From IMG/VR virus record IMGVR_UViG_3300033146_005596, positions 1 through 64,000 of that record: a stretch of DNA of 64,000 bases. One strand, 5' to 3'. The position numbers and the translations under genes were made by a program. The stretch comes from a virus. Shown piece after piece: positions 1-9,421 of the stretch; positions within the stretch are counted from its first letter, which is position 1; the number at the start of each line of letters is the position of its first letter. Below the pieces are notes generated by a model, which ran no database searches, was not told the origin of the DNA, and worked only from the letters and a program-made list of their open reading frames with translations.

Positions 1-13
1 TAGTCTATATTTG

Positions 14-346
14 TCATTTCATTTTCTCCAATGCCAGTCTAATTTTTAATCTCTTTAACTCTTCCATAATTATTTGTTTTACCTCATCAGGAAGTCCTAC
101 TGGTAAAAAGTCCCAGCTTATTCTTAGTACACATAATTTTTTACTCTTGTAAGTATAAACTGAGAAGTCGTATTCCCCTTGAAAATCCACGTATTCATGC
201 TCATGTATCTTTCTTATAATAGCTGACTTTGTATATCTAACATATCCAATTAAACTTTCTTTGAACATTATTTCTAATGAATTATCAAGGAAAACTGTTT
301 CCTCTACTGAGCTAATTGTGTTTGTAAATTGCTCTATGTATATCAT
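14..346 (-). CDS. small early protein, C-terminal KLxLExLK-type family
   Basis: 110 aa, ATGA-coupled to the upstream gene; ends ELKRLKIRLALEKMK. Confidence 0.75.
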   Translation of the reverse strand: MIYIEQFTNTISSVEETVFLDNSLEIMFKESLIGYVRYTKSAIIRKIHEHEYVDFQGEYDFSVYTYKSKKLCVLRISWDFLPVGLPDEVKQIIMEELKRLKIRLALEKMK

Positions 347-642
347 TTTAACTCCTCCAATTTACGAGAAAGGTTAGCTCTTTCAAAAGCTTCTAAAAAG
401 TCTCCGTCATAAGTATAAAGATTAAGTCGATATACAGTTTTATCTGGGTTACACCAGACACCGAGTGCCTTATAAGCTATATCTAATAATGAGTCAAACA
501 TCTGAACAAAACTAGTATTTGAAGGTTCAATAAGAATGTATAGTACTCCCTCATACTTCATGAAATCTATTTCAACTCCTTTAAAATGCTTTAGCTTTTT
601 AACCACTTCTTGATAGAGCTTAATACTGATGTTTTTATTCAT
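343..642 (-). CDS. small early protein, same C-terminal family
   Basis: 99 aa, ATGA overlap, ends ANLSRKLEELK. Confidence 0.75.
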   Translation of the reverse strand: MNKNISIKLYQEVVKKLKHFKGVEIDFMKYEGVLYILIEPSNTSFVQMFDSLLDIAYKALGVWCNPDKTVYRLNLYTYDGDFLEAFERANLSRKLEELK

Positions 643-968
643 TTCAACTTCTCCATCTTTATTTTAAGAGTAACCTTGTCTATCTCTTTTTTTAGAAAAG
701 AGCTAGTCTCTTTACTCAGTTGCAAGATTACATGAAACTCTAATAGTTCACCATAAGTCTTACTAAATATAAACTGAGATTCAGACATCACCCATCTATG
801 AATTGAATATCTATGTATTATCTGTTGAATGAATCCTTCATATTTCATAGTTGTAGAAATAACAAATCTTACATTACCAATTATAGTGTACTCACTACCA
901 AGAGTATTAGCTAAACTTTTAAGACTGTTTTTTAGACTAGCCCTTTGTTCAGACTCTTTTAGTTTCAT
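639..968 (-). CDS. small early protein, same C-terminal family
   Basis: 109 aa, SD GGAGGT, ends EIDKVTLKIKMEKLK. Confidence 0.75.
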   Translation of the reverse strand: MKLKESEQRASLKNSLKSLANTLGSEYTIIGNVRFVISTTMKYEGFIQQIIHRYSIHRWVMSESQFIFSKTYGELLEFHVILQLSKETSSFLKKEIDKVTLKIKMEKLK

Positions 969-1314
969 TTCATTACCTCCAATTTTAGTTTAAGATTAAT
1001 CTCTTCCATAAGTTTAAGACAGTCTTTACTGATTTCATTTGATATGTTTAGTTTTATGGATAATTCTACATACTCATGATAATTTTCATTATATGAGACT
1101 TCCAAAGCTTCAAAGCAAGGTCTCCACCCTCTTTTTCCTAGTCGAATATGTTTAAGTATAACCTCTTTATAAAACTTTCCTTTAAACCCTATATATCCAT
1201 AAAATCATAGTTACGCTCTTTACGAGTAATATCAACAGAAGCACTATGTAATCTTGCAAAGGGATAACAATATCGTAATAACTTAGTAGTAGTTGAGTTA
1301 ATCCCTAAATCCAT
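965..1314 (-). pseudogene. frameshifted member of the small early protein family
   Basis: MDLGINSTTKLLRY...RNYDF switches frame at GATTTTATGG (~1201-1204, one T short) to YGYIGFKGKFY...LMEEINLKLKLEVMK*; span is 350 nt, one short of 117 codons. Confidence 0.7.
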
Positions 1315-1610
1315 TTTAATCTCTCCAGTTTTAGACCTGTATCTATTTTCCTAATTTCAGTAGCTACCTCATATAACTCAGGGTAATTTTTACCATAGGC
1401 TACCTTAAACATATAAGTTCCCTCATAGCCCCTATAGTAGTTTACTAAATCACTTGTTATACTAATCTTTCTCAGAGAGTCATCTAATTTAGAACTAAAA
1501 TCTTCGTTATAATAACCCAGCTCCATAACAATCAAACCATTAACTGTATAGCATTTTTTATCAAGAGTTTTAGCTAAATGTTCTAAACTGGTCAGTACCT
1601 TATTTTTCAT
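1305..1610 (-). CDS. small early protein, same C-terminal family
   Basis: 101 aa, ends EIRKIDTGLKLERLKWI. Confidence 0.75.
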   Translation of the reverse strand: MKNKVLTSLEHLAKTLDKKCYTVNGLIVMELGYYNEDFSSKLDDSLRKISITSDLVNYYRGYEGTYMFKVAYGKNYPELYEVATEIRKIDTGLKLERLKWI

Positions 1611-1905
1611 TCTAAAGCCTTTAGTTTTAGTTTAAGGAGTAATTTCTTATCTAAAAGTTCCATTAAGAAACCTCTTTGTTAAACTGGGTTTTTAGGAACA
1701 TAAGAGTATATATAGCAAATCCTAAATCATTATTTTTGATAATAACAACTTCATTAAGTCCCTCTATCCTTACTCCAAAGGAGGGATTATCTCCACCAAC
1801 AATAGTTACTACTTTTATTTCATTACCATACAAACTCTCAGTTCTATCCTGAAATTCTAACCTCTTTAGCTCTAGTTTGGCTTGATTAGCTTTATTCTGT
1901 CCTAC
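1607..1905 (-). pseudogene. frameshifted, start-less member of the small early protein family
   Basis: open frame GQNKANQAKLELKRLEFQ...KTQFNKEV, then a one-base shift at ~1665-1670 to LMELLDKKLLLKLKLKALE*; no clean start codon after SD GAGGAG. Confidence 0.6.
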
Positions 1906-2198
1906 TTCTCCTCAATAAAAGCTCTATGAATATTATAATATTCTGGGTTTTTAAGAACTCCATCAGTTAACAAAGCCTCTTCTCGATTTAGCATTTCTTG
2001 CATGGAATCACAAACTTCGATTTCTTTAATTCTAAAAGCTTCTTTTCCATACTTTTTAAGAGCATTTTCCCAGTAAGTACCACTACCTGAAATCTCTAGT
2101 ACTTCGCCCTCTGCTCCAGACAGAACCGCGGTACCAATAAATTTCTTTCCATTTTTCAAGTTGATTGTCTCAGTAATAACAAATCTTTCTTTTCCCAT
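1902..2198 (-). CDS. Seg-like GIY-YIG domain protein, degenerate active site
   Basis: FVITETINLKNGKKFIG...GSG...ALKKYGKEAF...NREE...YYN follows the Seg/GIY-YIG pattern; both signature Tyr residues are replaced. Confidence 0.7.
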   Translation of the reverse strand: MGKERFVITETINLKNGKKFIGTAVLSGAEGEVLEISGSGTYWENALKKYGKEAFRIKEIEVCDSMQEMLNREEALLTDGVLKNPEYYNIHRAFIEEK

Positions 2199-2225
2199 AT
2201 TTATCTCCTTATGATAAATTATATT

Positions 2226-2660
2226 TTAAACCTCATCAGAAACAAGGTCTATTCCAACATTTAAAAACTCAGCTACATCTACTAAATCATCACAAGTAGT
2301 AGCACCATTTTCATATACCATTTCTTTAACCATCTCTAAAGATTTAATCTGGTGCTCATCAAACTTATTATTTCCGTCTTTATCAAGATAACAAAAAATA
2401 GTTCGGTCTGGAGACTTGATAGAATCCTCTACCAACTCAGCAATAGAATAAACTCCAGTCATTTTAGGCGTAATAACATACAATACCTTATTACAACTTT
2501 CTCTCTGTTTTATCTCTTCCTTCTGAGCTTCTTCTGTCCAGTCATCTACAACGGGATTAAAATATTTTACATCTTTGTGCAACTTTTTAATCAAATCATC
2601 TCGCCACTTGCTGTTATTGCAAGTACCACCTAAAAATACATCATTCATTATTTCCTCCAA
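2226..2660 (-). CDS. nucleoside 2-deoxyribosyltransferase-like protein
   Basis: VFLGGTCNNSKWR...YFNPVVDDWT...GVYSIAE motif. Confidence 0.75.
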   Translation of the reverse strand: MEEIMNDVFLGGTCNNSKWRDDLIKKLHKDVKYFNPVVDDWTEEAQKEEIKQRESCNKVLYVITPKMTGVYSIAELVEDSIKSPDRTIFCYLDKDGNNKFDEHQIKSLEMVKEMVYENGATTCDDLVDVAEFLNVGIDLVSDEV

Positions 2661-2845
2661 TTTACTTGAGCATAGTTCCCACTTTAAGTCTGTTTAATAA
2701 GTTTAAAACTATATTTTTATTATTCTCAGTAACACTTATAGCAAGAATATACTACTAGTTGAGAAGCTTCTTAAACCTCCAGGCTGATTCTTATTCTTTG
2801 TAGTGCCAAAATTAACTAATTTTATAGCCTAGTCACTCTTACACA

Positions 2846-2878
2846 TATAATATAACAAACTTTTTCCAAGCTGTGTAA
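2846..2878 (-). promoter_or_regulatory. class I (early-type) promoter
   Basis: TTACACA-N15-GTTATATTATA, same spacing as six other copies. Confidence 0.7.
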
Positions 2879-2948
2879 TATTCTGGGTTATTTCAATTAT
2901 TACTTATTTAATAGTAATAATAATTAGCTATAAAGGTAGGTTTTAGAT

Positions 2949-4523
2949 ATGGGTAGAGATTATAAGTTTAGTGAAGATATTAGAAAAGATTTACTAAAGG
3001 GTATTGAAATAGTATCAAATGCGGTTAAAGTAACATTGGGCCCAAAAGGTAGAAATGTATTATTGGGCTCTGTTGCTGGAGCACCTATGGTAACCAAAGA
3101 TGGAGTCTCAGTTGCAAAAGAAATTGAGTTGGATTGTCCTTTCCAAAATATGGGTGTTCAGCTATTGCAGGAAGTTGCATCAAAAACAAATGATGATACT
3201 GGAGATGGTACCACAACTTCAACGGTACTGGCTTATGCTATTGCTAGAGATGGAATGAAAGAAGTAGAAAAAGGTTTAAACCCAATTGGTATTAAAAAAG
3301 GTATTGATTTAGCTGTTATTAAAGCGACTAATTATATAAAAGATTTAGCCAAAAGTATAGACAGCAAAGAAGAAATTAAACAAGTAGCAACCATCTCAGC
3401 AAACAATGATAGCTCAATAGGTGAGTTAATTGCAGATGCTATGGAATCTGTCGGAAAAGATGGAGTCATTACAATAGAGAATAGTAATACAGCTAAAACA
3501 TCAATTGATGTAACTGAAGGTATGGAGATTGATAAAGGGTATTTATCTCCATATTTTGCTGGTGATAGTACTAAGGTCGAAATGGAAAATTCTTATATTT
3601 TATTATGCGACCAGAAAATAACCCATATGGAAGAGTTATTACCAGTACTTGGACAAATTGCTCAAGAAGGAAAATCAGTTTTAATCATAGCAGAAGACAT
3701 TGAAGGAGAGGCTTTAGCTACTTTAGTTATGAACTCCCTGAGAGGTACTATAAACGCAGTCGCTATAAAAGCTCCTAGCTTTGGGGATTATCAAGCAGCT
3801 ATACTTGAGGATATTGCTATTTTGACAGGAGCACAAGTTATATCTGAAAGGTATGGATTAAAACTAAAAGAAGCAAACCTAGACTTGCTTGGAAAAGCAA
3901 GTAAAGTAAAGGTTGAAGCAAACTCCACAACTATTGTAGATGGTTTTAATATACCAGAGGTTTTAGCAACTAGGATTGATTCTATCAAAAAAGAAATGGG
4001 GGACTGTACTTCAAATCATGATACTGAACAGCTCCAAAGTAGACTAGCAAAATTAACTGGGGGTATAGCTGTTATAAAAGTTGGTGCCAACACCGAGACA
4101 GAACTTGTTGAGAAAAAACATCGAGTTGAAGATGCTCTCTCTGCTACTAGAGCTGCCATTGAAGAGGGAATTGTATCCGGTGGGGGTTTAACTTTACTCA
4201 GGGCTAGTGCTAATTTAGATATTGATGGAGAGTTAACCTCGGAAGAAGAGGCTGGTTTTAGAATTATAAAAAAAGCATTACTTGAGCCTATGAAACAAAT
4301 AGCTAGTAATGCTGGTAGAAATGGTGAGAGTATAATCGCTACAGGGCTTGAGGAAAAAAATGGAATTGGCTATAATGCCTTGACTGGTAATTGGGTTGAT
4401 ATGATAAAAGCAGGAATAATAGACCCAGCTAAAGTCACACGATGTGCTCTTGAAAATGCTGCCTCAATTGCTTCTTTAGTTTTAACAACAGAGTGTGCTA
4501 TAGCTCCTCCTAAGCTAGACTAA
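2949..4523 (+). CDS. groEL: chaperonin GroEL (Cpn60)
   Basis: VTLGPKGRNV, TKDGVSVAKEI, GDGTTT, RVEDALSATRAAIEEGIVSGGG, GIIDPAKVTR; no GGM tail. Confidence 0.97.
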   Translation: MGRDYKFSEDIRKDLLKGIEIVSNAVKVTLGPKGRNVLLGSVAGAPMVTKDGVSVAKEIELDCPFQNMGVQLLQEVASKTNDDTGDGTTTSTVLAYAIARDGMKEVEKGLNPIGIKKGIDLAVIKATNYIKDLAKSIDSKEEIKQVATISANNDSSIGELIADAMESVGKDGVITIENSNTAKTSIDVTEGMEIDKGYLSPYFAGDSTKVEMENSYILLCDQKITHMEELLPVLGQIAQEGKSVLIIAEDIEGEALATLVMNSLRGTINAVAIKAPSFGDYQAAILEDIAILTGAQVISERYGLKLKEANLDLLGKASKVKVEANSTTIVDGFNIPEVLATRIDSIKKEMGDCTSNHDTEQLQSRLAKLTGGIAVIKVGANTETELVEKKHRVEDALSATRAAIEEGIVSGGGLTLLRASANLDIDGELTSEEEAGFRIIKKALLEPMKQIASNAGRNGESIIATGLEEKNGIGYNALTGNWVDMIKAGIIDPAKVTRCALENAASIASLVLTTECAIAPPKLD

Positions 4524-4586
4524 ACATCAATGCTCTCTTCTGAACTAGCAAATTGGGAAGACCTTTATGTTGGTGACTATCTTTTT

Positions 4587-4623
4587 GAGACTGGAGTGTT
4601 TGGAATTTCCCAGCACTCGAGTC
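4587..4623. terminator. hairpin between convergent genes
   Basis: GACTGGAGTG...CACTCGAGTC imperfect stem between groEL and the next ORF. Confidence 0.45.
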
Positions 4624-4627
4624 AATA

Positions 4628-5038
4628 TTAGACTAGACTAGCTAGTTTATACCTTACTTTAGCTTTTATAAATAAATCCCTGAGGTCTCTATAATTGGAC
4701 CTTGGATTGATTGTACCAATTTCATAAATGTAGGTATTAGTTGGTTGTTCCGTTAATCCATCATTCTTATAGAATTGTCTGACTCTAAACTGGCCTTTTT
4801 GTGCTTCTTGTATGAGGTATGATAAGGCTGTATTTTTTAAGCTATGCTCTTTATCAAATATAAACTCAACATGAATATTATTTGATGTTCCACTATGTAC
4901 TTTTGGTAGAGTAGTGGATTCGGCACCGGGTACCGTTTGATAGATGTTATCTGCTAAATCAACAAGTACAATGGGTACCGTTTGATAGATGTAATCTGCT
5001 AAATCAACAAGTTCAAGTTCAAGAGTATAATCTTTCAT
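4628..5038 (-). CDS. hypothetical early protein with an internal 15-aa duplication (probable start MKDYT at 5038)
   Basis: SD GGAG and ATGA overlap with the upstream stop; LVDLADYIYQTVP/LVDLADNIYQTVP; ends KAKVRYKLASLV. Confidence 0.65.
   Translation of the reverse strand: MKDYTLELELVDLADYIYQTVPIVLVDLADNIYQTVPGAESTTLPKVHSGTSNNIHVEFIFDKEHSLKNTALSYLIQEAQKGQFRVRQFYKNDGLTEQPTNTYIYEIGTINPRSNYRDLRDLFIKAKVRYKLASLV
4928..5012. repeat. 45-bp tandem duplication
   Basis: GGGTACCGTTTGATAGATGT(T/A)ATCTGCTAAATCAACAAGT at 4928 and 4973. Confidence 0.9.
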
Positions 5039-5352
5039 TTTAAAGACTCCAAACTCTTTTGAGCTGGCATTAACTCTGCTAACTTGCTTAATAGTAAGAT
5101 GTCTTTCAGACAAGATAATGCCTCCTCTTGGTATTCTGTTAAGTTAATTTGTAATAAACTAAACGGTAAAATAATAGGAAGAAAACTAAAAGATAATCTG
5201 TCATGTTTAATAACCACTTTATATATTGGCCCTCCAATTCTGCAGTCTATAGCTAAGTGCAATGGAGTGCCATCTCCACTATAAGCTGGAGTATACTTAA
5301 ACCGGTCAAGCTTTACCAATCTGCTGATAACATCATTTATTTCTTTGTCCAT
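5035..5352 (-). CDS. hypothetical early protein
   Basis: 105 aa, ends KSLESLK, coupled to the downstream gene. Confidence 0.65.
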   Translation of the reverse strand: MDKEINDVISRLVKLDRFKYTPAYSGDGTPLHLAIDCRIGGPIYKVVIKHDRLSFSFLPIILPFSLLQINLTEYQEEALSCLKDILLLSKLAELMPAQKSLESLK

Positions 5353-5476
5353 ATCTAGCTCTTTGCTCCATAATTTCTTTATTTCTATTTCTCGGATGAA
5401 AGCTAGGCAACTGAAGCATAAGGCTCTAACTCCATTTATGCCCAGTGTACTTTGGTACCATTACTATTATCTAGTC

Positions 5477-6772
5477 TTAGACAGTAAAAACAGTAGCCTC
5501 ATCTTTATCGGTTCTGATGATAGCTAGCCAAGATGGAAATCTTAGTGAATAACTACCTCGAGCATTTTTAGATACCTCGAAATATTTAATTTCAACTAGC
5601 TGTCCTAGTAACTCTTTCTGACCCTCATCAGACCAGTATTTAGTTCTTTCAGCATCAGATAAACCAGTACCAACTCCAACCTCATAGAGAGAGCCATTAA
5701 CTTCTAGCTCAACTATGATATTTCCGCATTTTCCAGCATATTTTCCTTTGCCTTCTTCAAATCCAGTAACTCTTAAATCAGCAGTATAAAACTTCTTTAG
5801 CTTAAGTAAATTTTTAGTCCTTTTACCTTCATAAGGGGCATCAGCTATTGCAAGCATAAGTCCTTCTTCTCCACTATTAACAGCTTCCTGAAGCAAACCA
5901 TCGATTACTGAAGTATCTTTTCCAGAATAAACAAAATCAATTGGTCTGCAGAATCTGCAACCATTAAGATTTTTTCTACTCTGAGCTTGCCTCTTAGAAT
6001 ATGGTACCAAACATTTATTAGTGCTTAAGTACTTATCAATATCATTGATATAATCAAAAACATGGAATAGTAAACCTTTTTTATTTTCAGATTTAGAGTT
6101 AATAACTTTTACTGATTTTCTATATAAATCAGCACTATTAAGACCATTTGGATTTTCAAGTACTAGCTCACCATCATAAATGCCATTAGGGCAATTGGAA
6201 AGCTCAGCTTTAATATCAACCAAACCTCCAATTACTTTGCCACTTCTAGCATAGCAGGTAACAACTCCATTCTGAACATATGATAAATTTCTAACTCCGT
6301 CTCTCTTGTTTGACAGGATAAACTCTTTTCCTTCAACAAACTTAATATTGTCAAGGTACTTTTGAGCTTTCATAGTCTCAAAAGTTGGAATCATCTTAAA
6401 GCCTCTTGCTTTATTTATAGAAGCAACTCCGCAGCCTAAGCTCAAACTTTTAGTAATAATTTTTTTAAATAAATCTTTTTCTAAATCATCTTTTAAAGTG
6501 CTTTCAAAAGCTTTTACTATACTTACTACTTCTTGTTTTCCAGTATTGTTTTTAAGAACATAGCTCAGAACTTCCTCAGTCTCCACCATGGAGTTTTGAG
6601 TAGAAGCTTTATAGTTATCATAGCTTTTATTTGAAATACCACTAGGGGTCCGACCAAAGGCAAACTTTAGAACCTCATTTATTTCTTGATAATCAAAGCT
6701 TTTTAGTAATGCAACTTTTGCATTTTTACCACTTGTTTTCATAATCTCATTTAAATCTGTATAAACACTCAT
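5477..6772 (-). CDS. lig: ATP-dependent DNA ligase
   Basis: KRDGVR adenylation motif, YDGEL, FHVFD, EGLML, LLKLK, SLRFP. Confidence 0.95.
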   Translation of the reverse strand: MSVYTDLNEIMKTSGKNAKVALLKSFDYQEINEVLKFAFGRTPSGISNKSYDNYKASTQNSMVETEEVLSYVLKNNTGKQEVVSIVKAFESTLKDDLEKDLFKKIITKSLSLGCGVASINKARGFKMIPTFETMKAQKYLDNIKFVEGKEFILSNKRDGVRNLSYVQNGVVTCYARSGKVIGGLVDIKAELSNCPNGIYDGELVLENPNGLNSADLYRKSVKVINSKSENKKGLLFHVFDYINDIDKYLSTNKCLVPYSKRQAQSRKNLNGCRFCRPIDFVYSGKDTSVIDGLLQEAVNSGEEGLMLAIADAPYEGKRTKNLLKLKKFYTADLRVTGFEEGKGKYAGKCGNIIVELEVNGSLYEVGVGTGLSDAERTKYWSDEGQKELLGQLVEIKYFEVSKNARGSYSLRFPSWLAIIRTDKDEATVFTV

Positions 6773-6788
6773 TATAACCCCTTACCTA

Positions 6789-6823
6789 TATAATATAACA
6801 GGCTTTTACTTTTCTGCGCAAAA
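6789..6823 (-). promoter_or_regulatory. class I promoter
   Basis: TTTTGCGCA-N15-GTTATATTATA upstream of the ligase. Confidence 0.7.
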
Positions 6824-6851
6824 TAATAAATAAAATTTTGGTACCATAGTA

Positions 6852-7213
6852 CTAAATATTTTTCAGAGCTAAATAAGCATAAATCTTATTTAATAACTCC
6901 AATAAAGTAATGTCCTTTTTTATGTAGGTTAGCCTACGACAACTCTCACCCGTAGATGTTGTAGCAGTGATACTAAAAATATTGATTGGCTCAAATAAGG
7001 CGCTAAAATTAGGAAAAAGTCCTGGCCTCATATATTTAAAGATAAATTTAGATAGCATCATTTTTTCATAAACATTTGGTCCAAAATGCAACTGCATCTC
7101 ATCTTTATGACCAGTTCTACTAATATAACTTCTTTTGTAGGACTCAGGTGGTAATAGTTCTTTAATCTTAAAAAAAGCTTTCTCCTCCTCAAGAGACACT
7201 TTTAATCTTACCA
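6852..7213 (-). CDS. hypothetical early protein (start near 7213 or 7229)
   Basis: ORF track; ends ELLNKIYAYLALKNI. Confidence 0.6.
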
Positions 7214-7371
7214 TACTTTTTGTCCTCATATCTAGCTATAGCTCGGGCTAATTTTCTAAGAAATCTTATATCAGCTTTATCAGAATCCCCAGCTATGTTA
7301 GCATCCAGCATGTCTTCCACTAGTTCTAATGCTGCATTATACTCTACTTCATGTTTTAGCTTAATTCTCAT
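7189..7371 (-). CDS. HigA antitoxin N-terminal-domain-like protein, no HTH
   Basis: LKHEVEYNAALELVEDMLDA...LRKLARAIARYEDKKY resembles the HigA N-terminal pattern I(K)xExEYxxALxxxExL...LxxLxxLIExYExxxY; SD AGGAG. Confidence 0.6.
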   Translation of the reverse strand: MRIKLKHEVEYNAALELVEDMLDANIAGDSDKADIRFLRKLARAIARYEDKKYGKIKSVS

Positions 7372-7433
7372 ATTTTATTCTCCTATTGTTTCTAACCTAT
7401 TAGAAGGAGCTATACTTAGTTTCTTATCCAATT

Positions 7434-7772
7434 TTATAACTCCCTTTTGATAAGATAGTCTAGTAAAAGCTCTAGTAAATCCTTTGGGCTAAAGCCCTTA
7501 AGTAAATAACCATAATCCACTTTTGCAACTAAGTCTGTAGTTTCCCACCTGATATAATAGCTTGAAATCTTTTTGAACTCATCAGGATATTTAATATAGC
7601 CTTCAAAGTCAGTAGCAAACCCATTCAAGAACTTTTCAAGGTCAGAGTCATATCTAAAAACTATGGTCTGTAAATTACTGGAGTTATGATAAGCTCCTGA
7701 GCTATCGCGTTCAAACTGAGGCTTAACCTCATTTATTTTTTTAATCAATTCTTTATTTGTCATCTTTAGCAA
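7434..7772 (-). CDS. hypothetical early protein
   Basis: 112 aa; C-terminus GFSPKDLLELLLDYL resembles neighbours. Confidence 0.65.
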   Translation of the reverse strand: MLKMTNKELIKKINEVKPQFERDSSGAYHNSSNLQTIVFRYDSDLEKFLNGFATDFEGYIKYPDEFKKISSYYIRWETTDLVAKVDYGYLLKGFSPKDLLELLLDYLIKREL

Positions 7773-8167
7773 GCCTTTACTGCCTTTACTAGATAAGTTC
7801 TAATGGCCTCTAGCATATCTCTAGTTGTTAGTCCTAATCCTTTTTTAAAATTGCAATAGTTAAGCTCTCGTTTGGTCGCAAGGGTAACTACTAACTGCGG
7901 AGACTCCTCAACATTGTCATATAGACTTGGGTTTTTCCTGAGTACTCGGTCAGAGACCATGTACTTTTCAATAAAGTTTCTTAGCCCTCTGTCATAACCA
8001 GGTAGATAAACAACTGCTTTTTCGCAACAGGAATAAGCTGAATAAAAAACAGTTGAATGATTTTTATAATCAGGTAGGTCCATGTTTGTTTGTCTTACCA
8101 ACCCGGTAATCATAATAACATCATCTTCTAAATCTCTTCTATTTTCTAAATCTTTTCTATACTCCAT
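7766..8167 (-). CDS. hypothetical early protein
   Basis: 133 aa, SD AAGGAG, class I promoter; ends GLTTRDMLEAIRTYL. Confidence 0.7.
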   Translation of the reverse strand: MEYRKDLENRRDLEDDVIMITGLVRQTNMDLPDYKNHSTVFYSAYSCCEKAVVYLPGYDRGLRNFIEKYMVSDRVLRKNPSLYDNVEESPQLVVTLATKRELNYCNFKKGLGLTTRDMLEAIRTYLVKAVKAC

Positions 8168-8185
8168 TTAAGTGCTCCTTACTCA

Positions 8186-8220
8186 TATAATATAACGGAC
8201 TCTTACTAATCTGCGTAAAA
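8186..8220 (-). promoter_or_regulatory. class I promoter
   Basis: TTTTACGCA-N15-GTTATATTATA. Confidence 0.75.
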
Positions 8221-8259
8221 TATTTCTACTAATCTTTTAAAAAGTTTAGTGCCAAGAAA

Positions 8260-8592
8260 TTATACCATAGTTCTCAACTGCTGATAAACATATAACTTTT
8301 TTAAAAACTCAGCACTAGATATTCCTGTTTTTAAACATTGAAAACTTCCAGCAAAGCTAGTATCTTCTTTGTAGTATAGGCTTAATCTTGGAGATAAATA
8401 AAAATGTTTATCTGTCTGACCCTTGGCTATGGACTCTCTGAACTCTCTTGAGCTAATAACAAAATTATGAATAAAATTTTTCATGTTCTCATCAGCATCC
8501 AATACTAAAGTCAGAGTACTCCCATCAAAATTAGACTGGCTGTCTTTGTCCAGTTTATCAAAGTATTCTTTAGCTAGGTTAGTGTCCAACAT
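8260..8592 (-). CDS. hypothetical early protein
   Basis: 110 aa, SD AGGAGG; ends GISSAEFLKKLYVY. Confidence 0.7.
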   Translation of the reverse strand: MLDTNLAKEYFDKLDKDSQSNFDGSTLTLVLDADENMKNFIHNFVISSREFRESIAKGQTDKHFYLSPRLSLYYKEDTSFAGSFQCLKTGISSAEFLKKLYVYQQLRTMV

Positions 8593-8619
8593 TTGCTTAT
8601 CCTCCTGTTTAAGTACAAC

Positions 8620-8655
8620 TATAATATAACGAACTTTAAGCTTACTGAGTAAAAA
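8620..8655 (-). promoter_or_regulatory. class I promoter, back-to-back with a class III element
   Basis: TTTTTACTCA-N15-GTTATATTATA; ACTAATTA at 8658-8665 on the + strand. Confidence 0.7.
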
Positions 8656-8685
8656 TAACTAATTAAATATTAAAGGTAGGTAGTA

Positions 8686-9018
8686 ATGAATATTAGAGTT
8701 AAAAGAGATTTTAGGGTACCAGGTACCAATATTTTAATTGAATCTGGTGATGTAATCCATATTAGAGAGGCTGCTTCTACTTGGGATGAAATAAGTAGAA
8801 TTTGCAATAATGAGACAGATGAAAATTTAAAAATTGTAGGTGATACTGTTTTATGGAGTGATTTAGACAATTACTCAAAAGCTTATCTAACTTCAGCTGC
8901 TTGGAAAGCAGGTATTTATGTTCCAAAAAGGCCTAATATATATAAGAATACTTTATCTCTTGGAAATAACCCTGAAAAAGTTTTAGCTTTTCTGAAGGAT
9001 AACTTGGACTTAGACTAA
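8686..9018 (+). CDS. putative capsid-internal protein with FRVPGTNILIESGD module
   Basis: N-terminal motif shared with 23633 and 37774, followed by IRE|A; ACTAATTA upstream. Confidence 0.6.
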   Translation: MNIRVKRDFRVPGTNILIESGDVIHIREAASTWDEISRICNNETDENLKIVGDTVLWSDLDNYSKAYLTSAAWKAGIYVPKRPNIYKNTLSLGNNPEKVLAFLKDNLDLD

Positions 9019-9234
9019 GTCCTTAAGCTTAAGCAGAGCATTTATAGTTTTAAGGTTTTGATATAAAGTTTCAAAGGTCTCTTTAGTATCATCTCCAGAA
9101 GATATATAAACCATCAAGTCATAGCCTGTATTAGTAAGTCCTCTTGAAACAGTAGCTAAACAACTTTTTAAAAACTTTGTTACTCTCTTATGAGATGAAG
9201 GAACTTCTAAATAAACCTTTTTTATTAGGCTCAT
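9010..9234 (-). CDS. small early family protein, possibly N-truncated
   Basis: ends FETLYQNLKTINALLKLKDLV, nearly identical to 9710..10030; the leader ATG at 9259 is out of frame (MGSYF*). Confidence 0.6.
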   Translation of the reverse strand: MSLIKKVYLEVPSSHKRVTKFLKSCLATVSRGLTNTGYDLMVYISSGDDTKETFETLYQNLKTINALLKLKDLV

Positions 9235-9256
9235 ACTATACTTAGAAGTAACTCCC

Positions 9257-9380
9257 CATTTATATTTTCTCCAATTCTGTTTTTAGTCATAACACTTATC
9301 TGGTACCATAGTACCAGATAAAAACGGCTGACTAAAAATAAAAGCAACGCCCAACAGTTTATATCGCCATTCACTTTTAT
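9257..9380 (-). repeat. copy 1 of a ~125-bp structured 5' leader
   Basis: near-identical to 10028..10156; stems ATAAAAG/CTTTTAT and TTTTTAGTCA/TGACTAAAAA, plus hairpin TTATCTGGTAC-TATG-GTACCAGATAA. Confidence 0.9.
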
Positions 9381-9421
9381 AGGTTTTAACCTCAAAGTAG
9401 GTTAGTTTTATTCCTATGCTA

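Noticed and set aside
965-1905. Stop-codon reassignment (TAG or TGA) as the cause of the broken ORFs
   Set aside because: The breaks need frame changes, and TAA, TAG and TGA all end intact core genes
5353-5476. Extra ORF between the ligase and 5035..5352
   Set aside because: An open stretch (FIREIEIKKLWSKEL) has no start codon; at most a remnant
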